From a virus (taxonomy: Duplodnaviria; Caudoviricetes), in the IMG/VR virus record IMGVR_UViG_3300020591_000005, positions 1 through 25,598 of that record: 25,598 bases of DNA; one strand, given 5' to 3'. Shown in pieces: positions 7,720 through 17,105 of this stretch; position 1 is the first letter of the stretch, and each line of letters starts with the position of its first letter. Both the position numbers and the translations under genes were made by a program. Below the pieces are notes generated by a model. The model ran no database searches. It was not told the DNA's origin and worked only from the letters and a program-made list of their open reading frames with translations.

Positions 7720-8118
7720 ATGGCCGTTCGCGGCGCAAAACCGAAACCGACCCGCCTGCGTCTGGTCGATGGCACCAACAATGTGACCCGCCACGGGCCT
7801 GAAGCAGAGGCGCGAAAAAAGGCAGAAGCGGCGGAGGATCTGTTCGGTAAGCCCGTGATGCCCTCGGGCATGAAGGGCGAGGCCGCGAAGGCGTGGAAGC
7901 GTTACATCGTCCCTGCTGGCTGGCTGGATGCCACCCGTGAGGCCGCCGCAATCGCCTTCTGCGAATTGTGGTCGGAGTTCAGGTTCAACCCTACGGGCTT
8001 TCCCGCATCGAAGCACGGGCAATTGCGCGCCTATATGAGCGAGCTTGGCCTGACCGATGAGCGGAACAGGACGGAAGATGGCACCCAGAAGGAGAAAGAC
8101 GAGTTCTTCGACGACTGA
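7720..8118 (+). CDS. terS: Terminase small subunit
   Basis: AGGAGG RBS. N-terminal RGAKPKPTRLRLVDG and C-terminal ELGLT..R resemble P27-type small terminases. Overlaps terL. Confidence 0.82.
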   Translation: MAVRGAKPKPTRLRLVDGTNNVTRHGPEAEARKKAEAAEDLFGKPVMPSGMKGEAAKAWKRYIVPAGWLDATREAAAIAFCELWSEFRFNPTGFPASKHGQLRAYMSELGLTDERNRTEDGTQKEKDEFFDD

Positions 8119-9943
8119 TCGCGGCACGCAATGGGCGCGCGATGTCGTCGCCGGTAAGGTTGTGGCCGGGCCGCACATTCGTAACGCCTGCCGTCGCCAT
8201 CTCGACGATCTGGAGCGCGGGCACGAACGAGGGCTGACCTATTCGGTTGCAAAGGCCGAGCGCGCTCTGCGGTTCTTTGAAACGAGGCTTCGGCTTAACG
8301 GGGGGCAATTCGAGGGCAAGCCGTTCCTGCTGCATCCGTCGCAGGCGTTCAAGCTGTCGAGCATATTCGGATGGCTGCGCGCCGATGGAACGCGCCGCTT
8401 CCGCCGGGCTTACATCGAGGAAGGCAAGGGCAACGGCAAGTCGCCGTTCGCTGGGGGCATCGGCCTCTACGGCATGATGGCCGATGACGAGCCGGGGGCA
8501 GAAATCTACGCGGTGGCCGCGCATCGCGATCAGGCGAAGATCCTGTTCAACGACGCAGTGGCGATGGTGGAGCAATCGCCGGATCTGGATAGCCGCATCA
8601 CGAAGAGCGGTGGTCCGGGTCGGGTCTATAATCTCGCATGGCTGGCGAAGGGTTCATTCTTTCGTCCGCTCAGCCGAAGCGCGGGCAAGTCGGGTTCCGG
8701 CCTTCGACCGCACATCGGTCTTGCCGACGAGATGCACGAGCATCCCAACCGCGATGCGGTCGAGATGATCGAACGCGGTTTCAAGTTTCGGCGGCAACCG
8801 CTGCTGCTGATGATTACGAACAGCGGCACCGACCGCAATTCGATCTGCTACGAGGAGCACGAACACGCGGTCAGGGTGGCCGCAGGCACGATGACGCCGG
8901 GCGAAGACTTCGCCTATGTGGGCGAACCGATCGACGACAGCACGTTCAGCTTTGTGTGTTCATTGGACCCCGGCGACGATCCGCTCAACGATCCGTCCTG
9001 CTGGATCAAGGCGAACCCGCTGCTGGGCACGATCCTGACAGAGGACTATCTCGCGGGCGTGGTCGCGCAGGCCAAGGCGATCCCCGGCAAGCTGAACGGC
9101 ATCCTCCGCCTTCACTTCTGTGTTTGGACGGATGCGGAAAGCGCGTGGATGTCTCGGGCAGTGTTGGAGCCATGCCTCGCCGATTTTGATCCGGCAGAGC
9201 ATTACGGAAAGAAAGTCGCCATCGGCATCGACCTCTCGCAGTCGCGCGACATCACAGCCAAGGCGAACATCGTGGAGACGGGCAGCGTCGAAGTGGAGGT
9301 CACGGTCGACGGCGAGACAAAGATCGTCACGAAGCCGACCTATGACGCCTGGATTGAGGCATGGACGCCCGGTGATACGATCGACGAACGATCCACGAAG
9401 GACAAGACGCCCTATAATGTCTGGGCGCAAAATGGCCATATTCATGCGCCCAAGGGGCAGAGCATCCGCTTCGATCATGTCGCGCAGGCGATTGCGGACG
9501 ACGACAGGAATTATGACATCACAGCGGTTGGGTATGACCGATACGCGTTCCGCCAGTTCGAGAATGAGTGCAAGCAGATTGGGCTCAGCGTCCAGTTCGT
9601 CGAGCATCCCCAGGGCGGCACGAAAAAGGGCAAACCGACTGACGCGATGGCCGAGGATGCCAAGGCGCGACAGGTCGAGCCAGAGGGCCTCTGGATGCCC
9701 GGCTCGGTTCGGGAACTGGAAAGCGCGATGATGGAAGGCCGGATCAGAATCAGGCGAAACCCGGTGCTGATATCGGCGATGATGAGCGCGGTCACCGATG
9801 AAGACCGCTGGGGTAATTATTGGCTGGCAAAGGAGCGCGCCGTGAACAAGATCGACGCCGCCGTTGCGCTCTGCATGGCTATCGGGGTTGCGGCCAAGGT
9901 GCCCCAGCAGCGCGAAGCTAAATTCCAGATGCTGATCCTGTAA
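8078..9943 (+). CDS. terL: Terminase large subunit
   Basis: RRFRRAY, Walker A GKGNGKS, Walker B LADEMH, ITNSG, WIKANP.LG, nuclease GIDLS..D, YDRY, KIDAAVA. Start 8078 chosen; 8057 is possible. Confidence 0.96.
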   Translation: MAPRRRKTSSSTTDRGTQWARDVVAGKVVAGPHIRNACRRHLDDLERGHERGLTYSVAKAERALRFFETRLRLNGGQFEGKPFLLHPSQAFKLSSIFGWLRADGTRRFRRAYIEEGKGNGKSPFAGGIGLYGMMADDEPGAEIYAVAAHRDQAKILFNDAVAMVEQSPDLDSRITKSGGPGRVYNLAWLAKGSFFRPLSRSAGKSGSGLRPHIGLADEMHEHPNRDAVEMIERGFKFRRQPLLLMITNSGTDRNSICYEEHEHAVRVAAGTMTPGEDFAYVGEPIDDSTFSFVCSLDPGDDPLNDPSCWIKANPLLGTILTEDYLAGVVAQAKAIPGKLNGILRLHFCVWTDAESAWMSRAVLEPCLADFDPAEHYGKKVAIGIDLSQSRDITAKANIVETGSVEVEVTVDGETKIVTKPTYDAWIEAWTPGDTIDERSTKDKTPYNVWAQNGHIHAPKGQSIRFDHVAQAIADDDRNYDITAVGYDRYAFRQFENECKQIGLSVQFVEHPQGGTKKGKPTDAMAEDAKARQVEPEGLWMPGSVRELESAMMEGRIRIRRNPVLISAMMSAVTDEDRWGNYWLAKERAVNKIDAAVALCMAIGVAAKVPQQREAKFQMLIL

Positions 9944-9953
9944 GGAAAAACAT

Positions 9954-10598
9954 ATGCACAGAGCGTATTCGATCCTCGACGTGAAAAGCGTCGATGAAGG
10001 AAAGCGTGTGTTTCGTGGAATCGCAACCACGCCCGCGTTGGATCGCGTAAATGATTCCATCGACCCGCTGGGTGCCTCCTTTGCGAAGGAAATCCCGCTG
10101 CTTCATGCACACCAGCATGATAAACCAATTGGGACCGTGCGCCTCGGGAAACCGACTAAGGCGGGGATTCCGTTTGAAGCCGAGATCCCGGTCATCCACG
10201 AGCCACCGACGTTGAAAGAGCGTGTCGATGTGGCTTATGCGGAGTTGGTGCATGGTCTTGTAAAGGCCGTGTCGATCGGCTTCCGCCCCACAAAATCTCC
10301 AACTTTCAACGACGCTGGAGGATTCGATTTCCCTGCGGTCGAGATCATGGAACTTTCTACTGTGGCGATTCCGGCTCAGGCCGAAGCCTTGGTGCACACA
10401 ATTAAGAGCTTCGATGAAGCTGCAATGCGGGATGCTGGCGTCGAAAACGACCCTCTTCCCGACCCCGAGATTCCCGCCAAGCCCGATGACGCAGCCGCGA
10501 CCGGCAAGAGCGTTCGCGTGGTGAAGTTGGATGCCCCTGCTCGCGTTCGAGCAAAGCCCTTCGTCATCAACCGCATCGTGCGGACAGGACAGGACTGA
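9954..10598 (+). CDS. HK97-family prohead maturation protease
   Basis: AAGGA RBS. GIATTP..DR..D.I.P.G, PLL..H (catalytic His), VSIGF (catalytic Ser), ELS.V.IPA. Confidence 0.92.
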   Translation: MHRAYSILDVKSVDEGKRVFRGIATTPALDRVNDSIDPLGASFAKEIPLLHAHQHDKPIGTVRLGKPTKAGIPFEAEIPVIHEPPTLKERVDVAYAELVHGLVKAVSIGFRPTKSPTFNDAGGFDFPAVEIMELSTVAIPAQAEALVHTIKSFDEAAMRDAGVENDPLPDPEIPAKPDDAAATGKSVRVVKLDAPARVRAKPFVINRIVRTGQD

Positions 10599-10603
10599 AC
10601 ATC

Positions 10604-11995
10604 ATGAAATTCGCTGAACAGATCAGCGCCTTCGAACAGAAGCGCGCATCGCTGGTGGCTGCCAATGAGGCCATCATGGAAAAGGCTGCCGGTGAGGGCG
10701 CAACGCTCGACGCCGCTCAGAAGGAAGAGTTCGACGGCAACGCCGCTGATATCGCCGAAATCGACGATCACCTGAAGCGCCTGAAGGCGATGGAGGCCGC
10801 GCAGGGCGCCAAAGCCACGCCGGTTGCTGGCCAGAACGCGGCAGAGGGCGCGGCTTCGCGTGGCGGCCAGCGCATCGAAGTCAAGGGCACCAATCTGCCC
10901 AAGGGCACGGCGTTCACCCGCTATGCGATGTCCCTCGCCCGCTCCAAAGGCAATCTGATGCAGGCGCAGGAGATTGCCAAGGCCTGGCAGGATACGCCGG
11001 AAGTCGAAACGGTTCTGAAGGCGGCTGTCGCGGCGGGCACCACGACCGACGCCAGTTGGGCCAAGCCACTGGTCGAGTATGAGAACATGGTCGGCGAGTT
11101 CGCCGAACTGCTCCGCCCCGCCACCATCATCGGACGCATCCCCGGTCTGCGCCGGGTTCCCTTCAACATCAAGATTCCGCGCCAGACCGGCGGATCGTCG
11201 GTCGGCTGGGTGGGCGAAGGCAAGCCCAAGCCGGTCAGTGCTCTGGCGTTCGACCAGATCACGCTTGGCATGGCCAAGACGGCCGGCATTGTCGTCATCA
11301 CGGACGAGCTTGCCCGTTCGTCCAGCCCGGCCGCAGAGGGCGTCGTCCGTGACGATCTGGTCGCGCAGACCGCGCAATTCCTTGACAGTCAATTTGTTGA
11401 CCCGGCCAAGGCCGCTGTTTCGAATGTCTCGCCTGCATCGATCACGAATGGCGTGACACCTGTGACGGCGAGCGGAACGGATGCGGACGCCGTGCGCGCT
11501 GATGTCCAGGAACTGATGGGCAAGTTCATTACCGCCAATCTGTCTCTGGCAGGCGCGGTGTGGATCATGACCGAAATGCAGGCGCTGGGGCTTGCCCTCA
11601 TGCTGAACCCGCTGGGGCAGCCGGAGTTTCCCGGCCTCCAGATCAACGGAAACAGCGGCGGCACGTTCTTCGGTCTGCCTGTCGTGCTCTCGGAGAATAT
11701 TCCGGCGAACGCGGGGGCGGGCGATCCGGTGGTGGGCGCAGGCGCGCGCATCATCCTCGCGAAGGCGGGCGAAATCCTCCTGGCGGATGATGGTCAGACG
11801 ATGCTCGACGTTAGCAGCGAGGCTTCGCTCCAGATGGATAGCGCGCCGGACGCGCCACCCAGCGCAACGACTGTGCTTGTGTCGCTCTGGCAGCACAACA
11901 TGATCGGCATCCGGGCTGAGCGCTATATCAATTGGGCCAAGCGCCGCGCGGGCGCCGTCCAGTTCATCGACAGCGCGAATTACGGCACGGCCTGA
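10604..11995 (+). CDS. Major capsid protein, HK97 fold, with N-terminal delta (scaffold) domain
   Basis: Coiled-coil N-terminus, IPRQTGG..GWVGEGKPKP, ITDEL, GLPVVLSE, SLWQHNMIGIRAERYINW. Strong high-expression codon bias. Confidence 0.96.
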   Translation: MKFAEQISAFEQKRASLVAANEAIMEKAAGEGATLDAAQKEEFDGNAADIAEIDDHLKRLKAMEAAQGAKATPVAGQNAAEGAASRGGQRIEVKGTNLPKGTAFTRYAMSLARSKGNLMQAQEIAKAWQDTPEVETVLKAAVAAGTTTDASWAKPLVEYENMVGEFAELLRPATIIGRIPGLRRVPFNIKIPRQTGGSSVGWVGEGKPKPVSALAFDQITLGMAKTAGIVVITDELARSSSPAAEGVVRDDLVAQTAQFLDSQFVDPAKAAVSNVSPASITNGVTPVTASGTDADAVRADVQELMGKFITANLSLAGAVWIMTEMQALGLALMLNPLGQPEFPGLQINGNSGGTFFGLPVVLSENIPANAGAGDPVVGAGARIILAKAGEILLADDGQTMLDVSSEASLQMDSAPDAPPSATTVLVSLWQHNMIGIRAERYINWAKRRAGAVQFIDSANYGTA

Positions 11996-12012
11996 TCGGC
12001 ATGAAGAATTGC

Positions 12013-12037
12013 GCCCGGCTGCATTGCGTGGCCGGGC
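12013..12037 (+). promoter_or_regulatory. Stem-loop after the capsid gene (mRNA stabiliser or weak terminator)
   Basis: GCCCGGCTGC-ATTGC-GTGGCCGGGC, 10 bp with two G-U pairs, no real U tract. Confidence 0.5.
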
Positions 12038-12055
12038 CATTCTCTGGAGAACGCC

Positions 12056-12286
12056 ATGAAGCACCAGTCCTATTTCACCCGCGCGCTGACGGCGAAGGAT
12101 CGCCGCTTTGCGCGCATCTTCGGGAAGCTGGGTTATGAGACCACGCAGATGGTTGCAGACGACGGCGAGCCCGACATCGACGCAATCCGCGAACTCTATC
12201 AGGATGTCGTCGGCAAAAAGCCCTATCACGGCTGGGATGCCGACACGCTGAACCAGAAGATCGCTGAGAGGCGCGCGGAACCCTGA
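12056..12286 (+). CDS. Small phage head-region protein (76 aa)
   Basis: GGAG RBS; TGATG-coupled to portal. C-terminal IRELYQDVVGKKPYHGWDADTL..KI helical motif of a kind seen in small phage proteins. Confidence 0.78.
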   Translation: MKHQSYFTRALTAKDRRFARIFGKLGYETTQMVADDGEPDIDAIRELYQDVVGKKPYHGWDADTLNQKIAERRAEP

Positions 12287-13638
12287 TGCGCATCCTTGGC
12301 CTCACCATCACGCGCGAGAAGGCGGCGGGGCTTTCCTCCGTCGACAATCGCGGCGGCTGGTGGCCTGTCGTGCGAGAATCGTTCGCCGGCGCATGGCAAC
12401 AGAATGTCGAAGTGAAGGCTGCCAATGTGGTTGCCAACCATGCGGTTTTCGCCTGTCAGACGCTGATCGCCAGCGACATCGCCAAGCTGCGGGTCAAGCT
12501 GGTGGCGCAGGACAGCGATGGCATATGGTCTGAGGTGAAGAACCCGGCCTATAGCCCCGTGCTGCGGAAGCCGAACCATTTCCAGACGCGCATCCAGTTC
12601 TATGAATCGTGGGTGCTGTCCAAGCTCCAACGCGGCAATGCCTATGTCCTGAAGCAGCGGGACGCCCGCAATGTCGTCACGGCGCTCTATGTGCTGAACC
12701 CCGACCGGGTGACGCCGCTCGTCTCAGAGAGTGGCGAAGTTTTCTATGACCTGAAGGCCGATAATCTGATGGGGCTGGAGAATGGCCTGATCGTTCCCGC
12801 CCGTGAGATCATCCATGATCGGTTCAATTGCCTGTTTCATCCGCTTGTCGGCCTATCGCCGATATTCGCGAACGGGCTGGCCGCCACGCAAGGGCTGGCT
12901 GCTCAGAACAGCAGCACGCTCCTGTTTCAGAATGGCGCCCGTCCCGGCGGCATCCTCACCGCGCCCGGCGCGATCAGTGACGAGACGGCATCGCGCCTGA
13001 AACAGCATTGGGACAGCAACTATTCCGGTGCGAACGCGGGCAAGGTCGCTGTGCTGGGCGATGGCCTCAAGTTCGAAGCCATGTCGATGAAGGCTGTGGA
13101 CGCGCAGCTTGTGGAGCAACTGAAATGGTCGGCGGAGGTCGTCTGCTCGACCTATCATGTGCCGCCATACAAGATCGGTATTGGCCAGCAACCGACCTAT
13201 AACAATGTGCAGGCTCTCAACACCGAATATTATTCGCAGTGCCTTCAGGTGCTGATCGAGGCCATCGAACTTTGCCTGGATGAGGGGCTTGCAACTGGCG
13301 AAACGCTCGGGACCGAGTTCGACGTCGACAATCTGCTGCGCATGGACAGCGTGACGCAGATGGAAGTGCTTGAGAAGGCGAGCGGCGTTCTGACGATCGA
13401 TGAGAAGCGGGCCAAGCTAGACAAGCGGAAGGTGATCGGCGGCGATGCCGTCTATCTCCAGCAGCAGAACTTTAGTCTGGCCGCTCTCGCCAAACGCGAC
13501 GCGCAGGATGATCCGTTCGGTAACGGAGCCGATGCGCCATCCCCACCGGCGCCTGCTAACGATGAACCTGACCCCGAAGCGCAGCGCGCAGTGTTGGCGC
13601 TCTACGAGAAAGACCTGCGGGAGGCGCTGAATGCTTGA
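12286..13638 (+). CDS. Portal protein, HK97 family
   Basis: AVFAC..LIASDIAKL, L.KPN.FQT, L.RGNAY, EIIH.R, GLSP, F.NGARPGGIL, DAQL.E, HVPPYKIG. Confidence 0.96.
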   Translation: MRILGLTITREKAAGLSSVDNRGGWWPVVRESFAGAWQQNVEVKAANVVANHAVFACQTLIASDIAKLRVKLVAQDSDGIWSEVKNPAYSPVLRKPNHFQTRIQFYESWVLSKLQRGNAYVLKQRDARNVVTALYVLNPDRVTPLVSESGEVFYDLKADNLMGLENGLIVPAREIIHDRFNCLFHPLVGLSPIFANGLAATQGLAAQNSSTLLFQNGARPGGILTAPGAISDETASRLKQHWDSNYSGANAGKVAVLGDGLKFEAMSMKAVDAQLVEQLKWSAEVVCSTYHVPPYKIGIGQQPTYNNVQALNTEYYSQCLQVLIEAIELCLDEGLATGETLGTEFDVDNLLRMDSVTQMEVLEKASGVLTIDEKRAKLDKRKVIGGDAVYLQQQNFSLAALAKRDAQDDPFGNGADAPSPPAPANDEPDPEAQRAVLALYEKDLREALNA

Positions 13639-14545
13639 CACGAAGGCGCTGGCCGCCGCGACCGCATTGATCGTGCGCGAGCATGTGGATGCTGCACTTG
13701 CCCCCGTTCTGGCAGAGAACAAGGCTTTGCGCGAGCGTATGGAAGCGCTGGAAACTGCGCCGATTGTGAGCGCCAAGGACATCACTGTCGAAATCTCGCC
13801 CTACTTTGAAGAGATGCTCGATGCGCGGTTTTCCGCTCTGCCCGCGCCAGTTGATGGGAAAGACGGGATAGACGGTAAGGACGCCGATCCGGCCCAGATC
13901 AAGGCTATGATTGATGAGGTTGTGGCCACCCTACCCGCTCCCGAACGCGGGGAGAAAGGGGAAACCGGCGAGCGTGGTCCAGAAGGCCCATCTGGCAAAG
14001 ATATCGACATGGATCAGGTCAAAAGACTGGTCGATGAAGCCGTCGCGTCGTTGCCGCCTCCCGTTCCCGGCGAGCCGGGGCCGCAGGGCATTAAGGGTGA
14101 GCCCGGCGAACCGGGGCGCGACGGCAAGGACGGCGCGGGTATCGCTGATCTTGTGATCGACCGCAGCGGCAATCTGGTCGCCACCTTCACCGATGGCCGT
14201 ATGAAAGAAGTTGGCCTGATTGTCGGCAAGGACGGTCGCGATGGGATCGACGGCAAGGACGGCGTCCCCTTCGGCCCGGACGATATCGACATGACCCTGA
14301 TGGAAGATGGCCGCACCCTCCGCATTGCCTTTTCCAAGGGTGATACGGAATATGCGTTTCAGGTTCCCTTCCCGGCAATGATCTATCGCGGAGTCTGGCG
14401 CGAAGGTCAGGAATATGCCGAGGGCGATACCGTCACATGGGGCGGAAATCTTTGGCACGCCAACAAAGAGACGGGGGGCAAGCCCGACTGCGGCGATTGG
14501 ACGCTGTGCGCTAAGAAGGGTCGAGACGGGAAGGACGCCCGCTGA
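13631..14545 (+). CDS. Collagen-like (Gly-X-Y) phage protein, probably virion-associated
   Basis: Gly-X-Y tracts GEKGETGERGPEGPSGKD and GEPGPQGIKGEPGEPGRDGKDG, several DGKDG units, and a Trp-rich C-terminal domain YRGVW..Y..GD.VTWGG.LW. Confidence 0.85.
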   Translation: MLDTKALAAATALIVREHVDAALAPVLAENKALRERMEALETAPIVSAKDITVEISPYFEEMLDARFSALPAPVDGKDGIDGKDADPAQIKAMIDEVVATLPAPERGEKGETGERGPEGPSGKDIDMDQVKRLVDEAVASLPPPVPGEPGPQGIKGEPGEPGRDGKDGAGIADLVIDRSGNLVATFTDGRMKEVGLIVGKDGRDGIDGKDGVPFGPDDIDMTLMEDGRTLRIAFSKGDTEYAFQVPFPAMIYRGVWREGQEYAEGDTVTWGGNLWHANKETGGKPDCGDWTLCAKKGRDGKDAR

Positions 14546-14832
14546 TGGCCGCGCTCATCACACTGCAAGAAGCTAAGGCGCAACTCGCCATCCTCTCCGA
14601 CGATCAGGATGCGACGATCTCGCTAGACGCTGAAATGGCGACCGACATCGTAATGGGCTACATCAAGAAGGACGCGGTTGAACTGGAATGGACGGACGAA
14701 ACCGTTCCTTTCCGCATCAAGGCTGCGATCATTCTCGTGCTTCGCGCGCTGTTCTTTGAGGATGAGGGCGAACCGTTGAGCGATGCCGCAAAGGCGCTGC
14801 TCCACCGGGATCGTGATCCGGCTCTCGCATGA
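14545..14832 (+). CDS. Head-tail connector (HK97 gp6-like)
   Basis: LITLQEAKAQL.I..D..D, VP..IKAAI, ..LL..RDPALA; size and position. Confidence 0.88.
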   Translation: MAALITLQEAKAQLAILSDDQDATISLDAEMATDIVMGYIKKDAVELEWTDETVPFRIKAAIILVLRALFFEDEGEPLSDAAKALLHRDRDPALA

Positions 14833-15152
14833 AGGCTCGCAATCGCCACAACCTCATCATCATCGAGCGCGCCACCATCACGCGCAACCCCTACAACGAG
14901 CCTGTTGAGACATGGGCGGAATATTGCCGGGAATATGCCGCCGTCTATTACGGCAACGGCACCGAGCAGCGAGAGGCCGCCCAGACGCAGGCGTCGCAGG
15001 TTGCGAGCTTTGAGGTTCTGGCGAACAGCAACACGCGGACCATCAGCGTGACGGATCGCATCAGCTTCGGCGGTGGGCTGTGGGATATCCGCTCGGTCGC
15101 TCCGATCGGCCGGGATGGCGTGAAGATCAATGCGGTCAGGGCGGCGGCGTGA
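14829..15152 (+). CDS. Head closure / head-tail adaptor (SPP1 gp16-like)
   Basis: I.IER....N.Y.E....W, DRI..GG..WDI.SV; ATGA overlap; position. Confidence 0.85.
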   Translation: MKARNRHNLIIIERATITRNPYNEPVETWAEYCREYAAVYYGNGTEQREAAQTQASQVASFEVLANSNTRTISVTDRISFGGGLWDIRSVAPIGRDGVKINAVRAAA

Positions 15153-15577
15153 TGGCACGCAAAACCCTCATCGCGACCGGGTTCAGCGAGGCGTCCCGCC
15201 AGTTGAACGACATGAGCAAGGCGGCAGCGCGGGGCGTCGGGCGCAAGTCGCTGTCTGTTCCGGCTGAGATACTGGCACGGGCTGTTCGTCAGAATGTCAT
15301 GCCGCACAATCTGACCGGCGAAACCTACGAAAGCGTGGATGTGAAGCCCGCGAAGGCCAAGCGGGGCGTAGCTGTCCAGGTCGTCGCGGAGGACATAGCA
15401 GCGGTCCAATTGGAGTTCGGAAACAGCGACCAGGCTGCAACGCCATTCTTCCGGCCTGCGGTGGATAGTTCGCGGGTAAAGATGAATGACGCTTTCGCCG
15501 ACGCGCTGATGATCGAAGTTGATGCTGCCGTGATCCGCAAGGCCAAGCGTGACGCGAAGAAGGCCGCGAAGGGATAG
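15152..15577 (+). CDS. HK97 gp10-like tail completion protein
   Basis: TGATG coupling gives a start at 15152. TG.., LEFG....AATPFFRPA.D motif. Confidence 0.85.
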   Translation: MARKTLIATGFSEASRQLNDMSKAAARGVGRKSLSVPAEILARAVRQNVMPHNLTGETYESVDVKPAKAKRGVAVQVVAEDIAAVQLEFGNSDQAATPFFRPAVDSSRVKMNDAFADALMIEVDAAVIRKAKRDAKKAAKG

Positions 15578-15579
15578 CC

Positions 15580-15978
15580 ATGGACTTCCATGCCGGTGTC
15601 ATTACCCGGTTGCTGGCGGATGCATCTGTCAGCGGCATCGTGGGAATGCGCGTCAATTGGGTTGTGCGCCCGCAAAAGGAAGCGCTGCCCGCCGTTACGT
15701 TGCAGGTCGTCTCCGACCCGCGCCCGGAGCATTTGAAGGGCTTCGACGGTGCGCGCGCGACGAGAGTTCAGTGCGATTGCTGGGCCTCCGACTACCTGAC
15801 CGCAGCTGCTCTCGCTCGGGCTTGTATTACGGCGCTGCGTCAGCCTGCCACGGTGAACGGAAAGAAGTTCGGTAACGCGCGTGTCGATGGACAGCGCGAT
15901 CTCGGAGAAACCGGCGTGGACGGTTCATTCATCCATCGCCAATCGGTGGATTTTGTTATCTGGCATGTAGGAGATTAA
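15580..15978 (+). CDS. Tail terminator protein (DUF3168-like)
   Basis: L.AD..V...VG.RV....RPQ...LPAVT...VS, RVQ.DCWA; position before the tail tube. Confidence 0.82.
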   Translation: MDFHAGVITRLLADASVSGIVGMRVNWVVRPQKEALPAVTLQVVSDPRPEHLKGFDGARATRVQCDCWASDYLTAAALARACITALRQPATVNGKKFGNARVDGQRDLGETGVDGSFIHRQSVDFVIWHVGD

Positions 15979-15979
15979 A

Positions 15980-16441
15980 ATGGCGGAAACACAGGAAGCT
16001 ACTGTTGGCTATATGGGGGAGGTGTGGTTACACGACGGCACCAGCCTCTATGAACTGACGCAGGTAAAGTCATTCCAGATTCCGGGCGGCGGCGAGCGGG
16101 ATCAGGTCGAAACCACGCATCTGAAATCGCCCAACTGGAGGCGCGAATATGTCAGCACCTTCTATGCGGACAGCGATTTTGAGGTCGTTCTGAACAGCCG
16201 CCCCCTGTCCACGACCGACGAACTGTTGGAAACGGCACGGCAAGACGGCGATGTCCGGGCGATGAAAGTCGTTCTTCCCGAAGACGGCGAGCCTGCTGCA
16301 CAGATCGAATTGACCGTGAAATGCATCAACTATGATCGCGGCGAAGTGACGCCCGATGGCGTGATTGAGGCCACCGCAACTTTCCGCGTCGTCACTATTG
16401 ATGACATTGAGGCCTACGTGGCGCCGGGTGGTGGCGGCTGA
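15980..16441 (+). CDS. Major tail tube protein
   Basis: AGGAG RBS; acidic 153 aa; VETTHL.SP...REY motif of siphovirus tube proteins. Confidence 0.85.
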   Translation: MAETQEATVGYMGEVWLHDGTSLYELTQVKSFQIPGGGERDQVETTHLKSPNWRREYVSTFYADSDFEVVLNSRPLSTTDELLETARQDGDVRAMKVVLPEDGEPAAQIELTVKCINYDRGEVTPDGVIEATATFRVVTIDDIEAYVAPGGGG

Positions 16442-16854
16442 TGGCAAATGTTCAGCGAGGTGAGGCTTCCTTTACCGCCTCCGATGGTCGCGTTTTCTAT
16501 TTGGTGATGGACTTCAATGCCTTTGCCGAGGCTGAGGACGCCGCCGACCTTGATATAGAAGCGCTGCTGCAAGCCGTCTCGCCGAAGGTAGATGCGTCGG
16601 GCAACGTCATCGGCAAACCCCGAATCAAACACCTTGGGGCGTTGCTCTATGGCGGTTTGCAGGCCAAGCATCCAGGCTTGACACATGCTGATGCGATCCG
16701 CCTGCTCGGGGAGGGCGAACAAGTCGGCGAGGCCATCGCGAAGGCGCTGCGGGGCGCGATGCCTAAACAGGATGAGAGTGCGGAGGGAAAGGCGGAAACG
16801 CTAGGCGCTGGAACTGGGACGAAGCCCAAGCGGACTGGGCGTCGGAAGGCTTAG
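16441..16854 (+). CDS. Tail assembly chaperone (lambda gpG equivalent)
   Basis: Follows the tube gene; L.MDFNA..E.E motif; in-frame G GGA AAG slippery site at 16785-16791. Confidence 0.85.
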   Translation: MANVQRGEASFTASDGRVFYLVMDFNAFAEAEDAADLDIEALLQAVSPKVDASGNVIGKPRIKHLGALLYGGLQAKHPGLTHADAIRLLGEGEQVGEAIAKALRGAMPKQDESAEGKAETLGAGTGTKPKRTGRRKA

Positions 16855-17105
16855 ATCCCTGCGTGTTTTGGCGCCAAACCTTCCGAAGCTATGGCAACGT
16901 TATGCGCGGCCGCGCGAAAGGAAGCCAAGAGCGGATCATCGTCCTGGCGCATCAGGTCGAGATGATGGCGCGCCAGAAGAGCCTTCGGGCGGTGAAGCAC
17001 TATCTCCCCAAGTCGCAGGAGGCGACGAAGCGGAATGACGCAATGGCGGTGCTGGCGATGATGAAAAGGATGCAGGCGCGGCAGAACGATGATAAGGGCC
17101 GGTAA
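16785..17105 (+). CDS. gpT-equivalent -1 frameshift extension of the tail chaperone
   Basis: The -1 frame is open from the slippery site to TAA at 17103-17105 and reads ..WDEAQADWASEGLDPCVFWRQT.., with the GL.P..FW..T motif typical of gpGT extensions. Confidence 0.8.
   Translation, partial: GKGGNARRWNWDEAQADWASEGLDPCVFWRQTFRSYGNVMRGRAKGSQERIIVLAHQVEMMARQKSLRAVKHYLPKSQEATKRNDAMAVLAMMKRMQARQNDDKGR

Noticed and set aside
10590-10606. Read-through or frameshift fusion of protease and capsid
   Set aside because: Different frames, no slippery heptamer at the junction, and the capsid gene has its own AGGA RBS and ATG.
10376-12229. 617-aa minus-strand ORF, and similar long antisense ORFs at 5947-6825, 8960-10060 and 24508-25272
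   Set aside because: Shadows of strongly GC3-biased genes on the + strand; no motifs or RBS.
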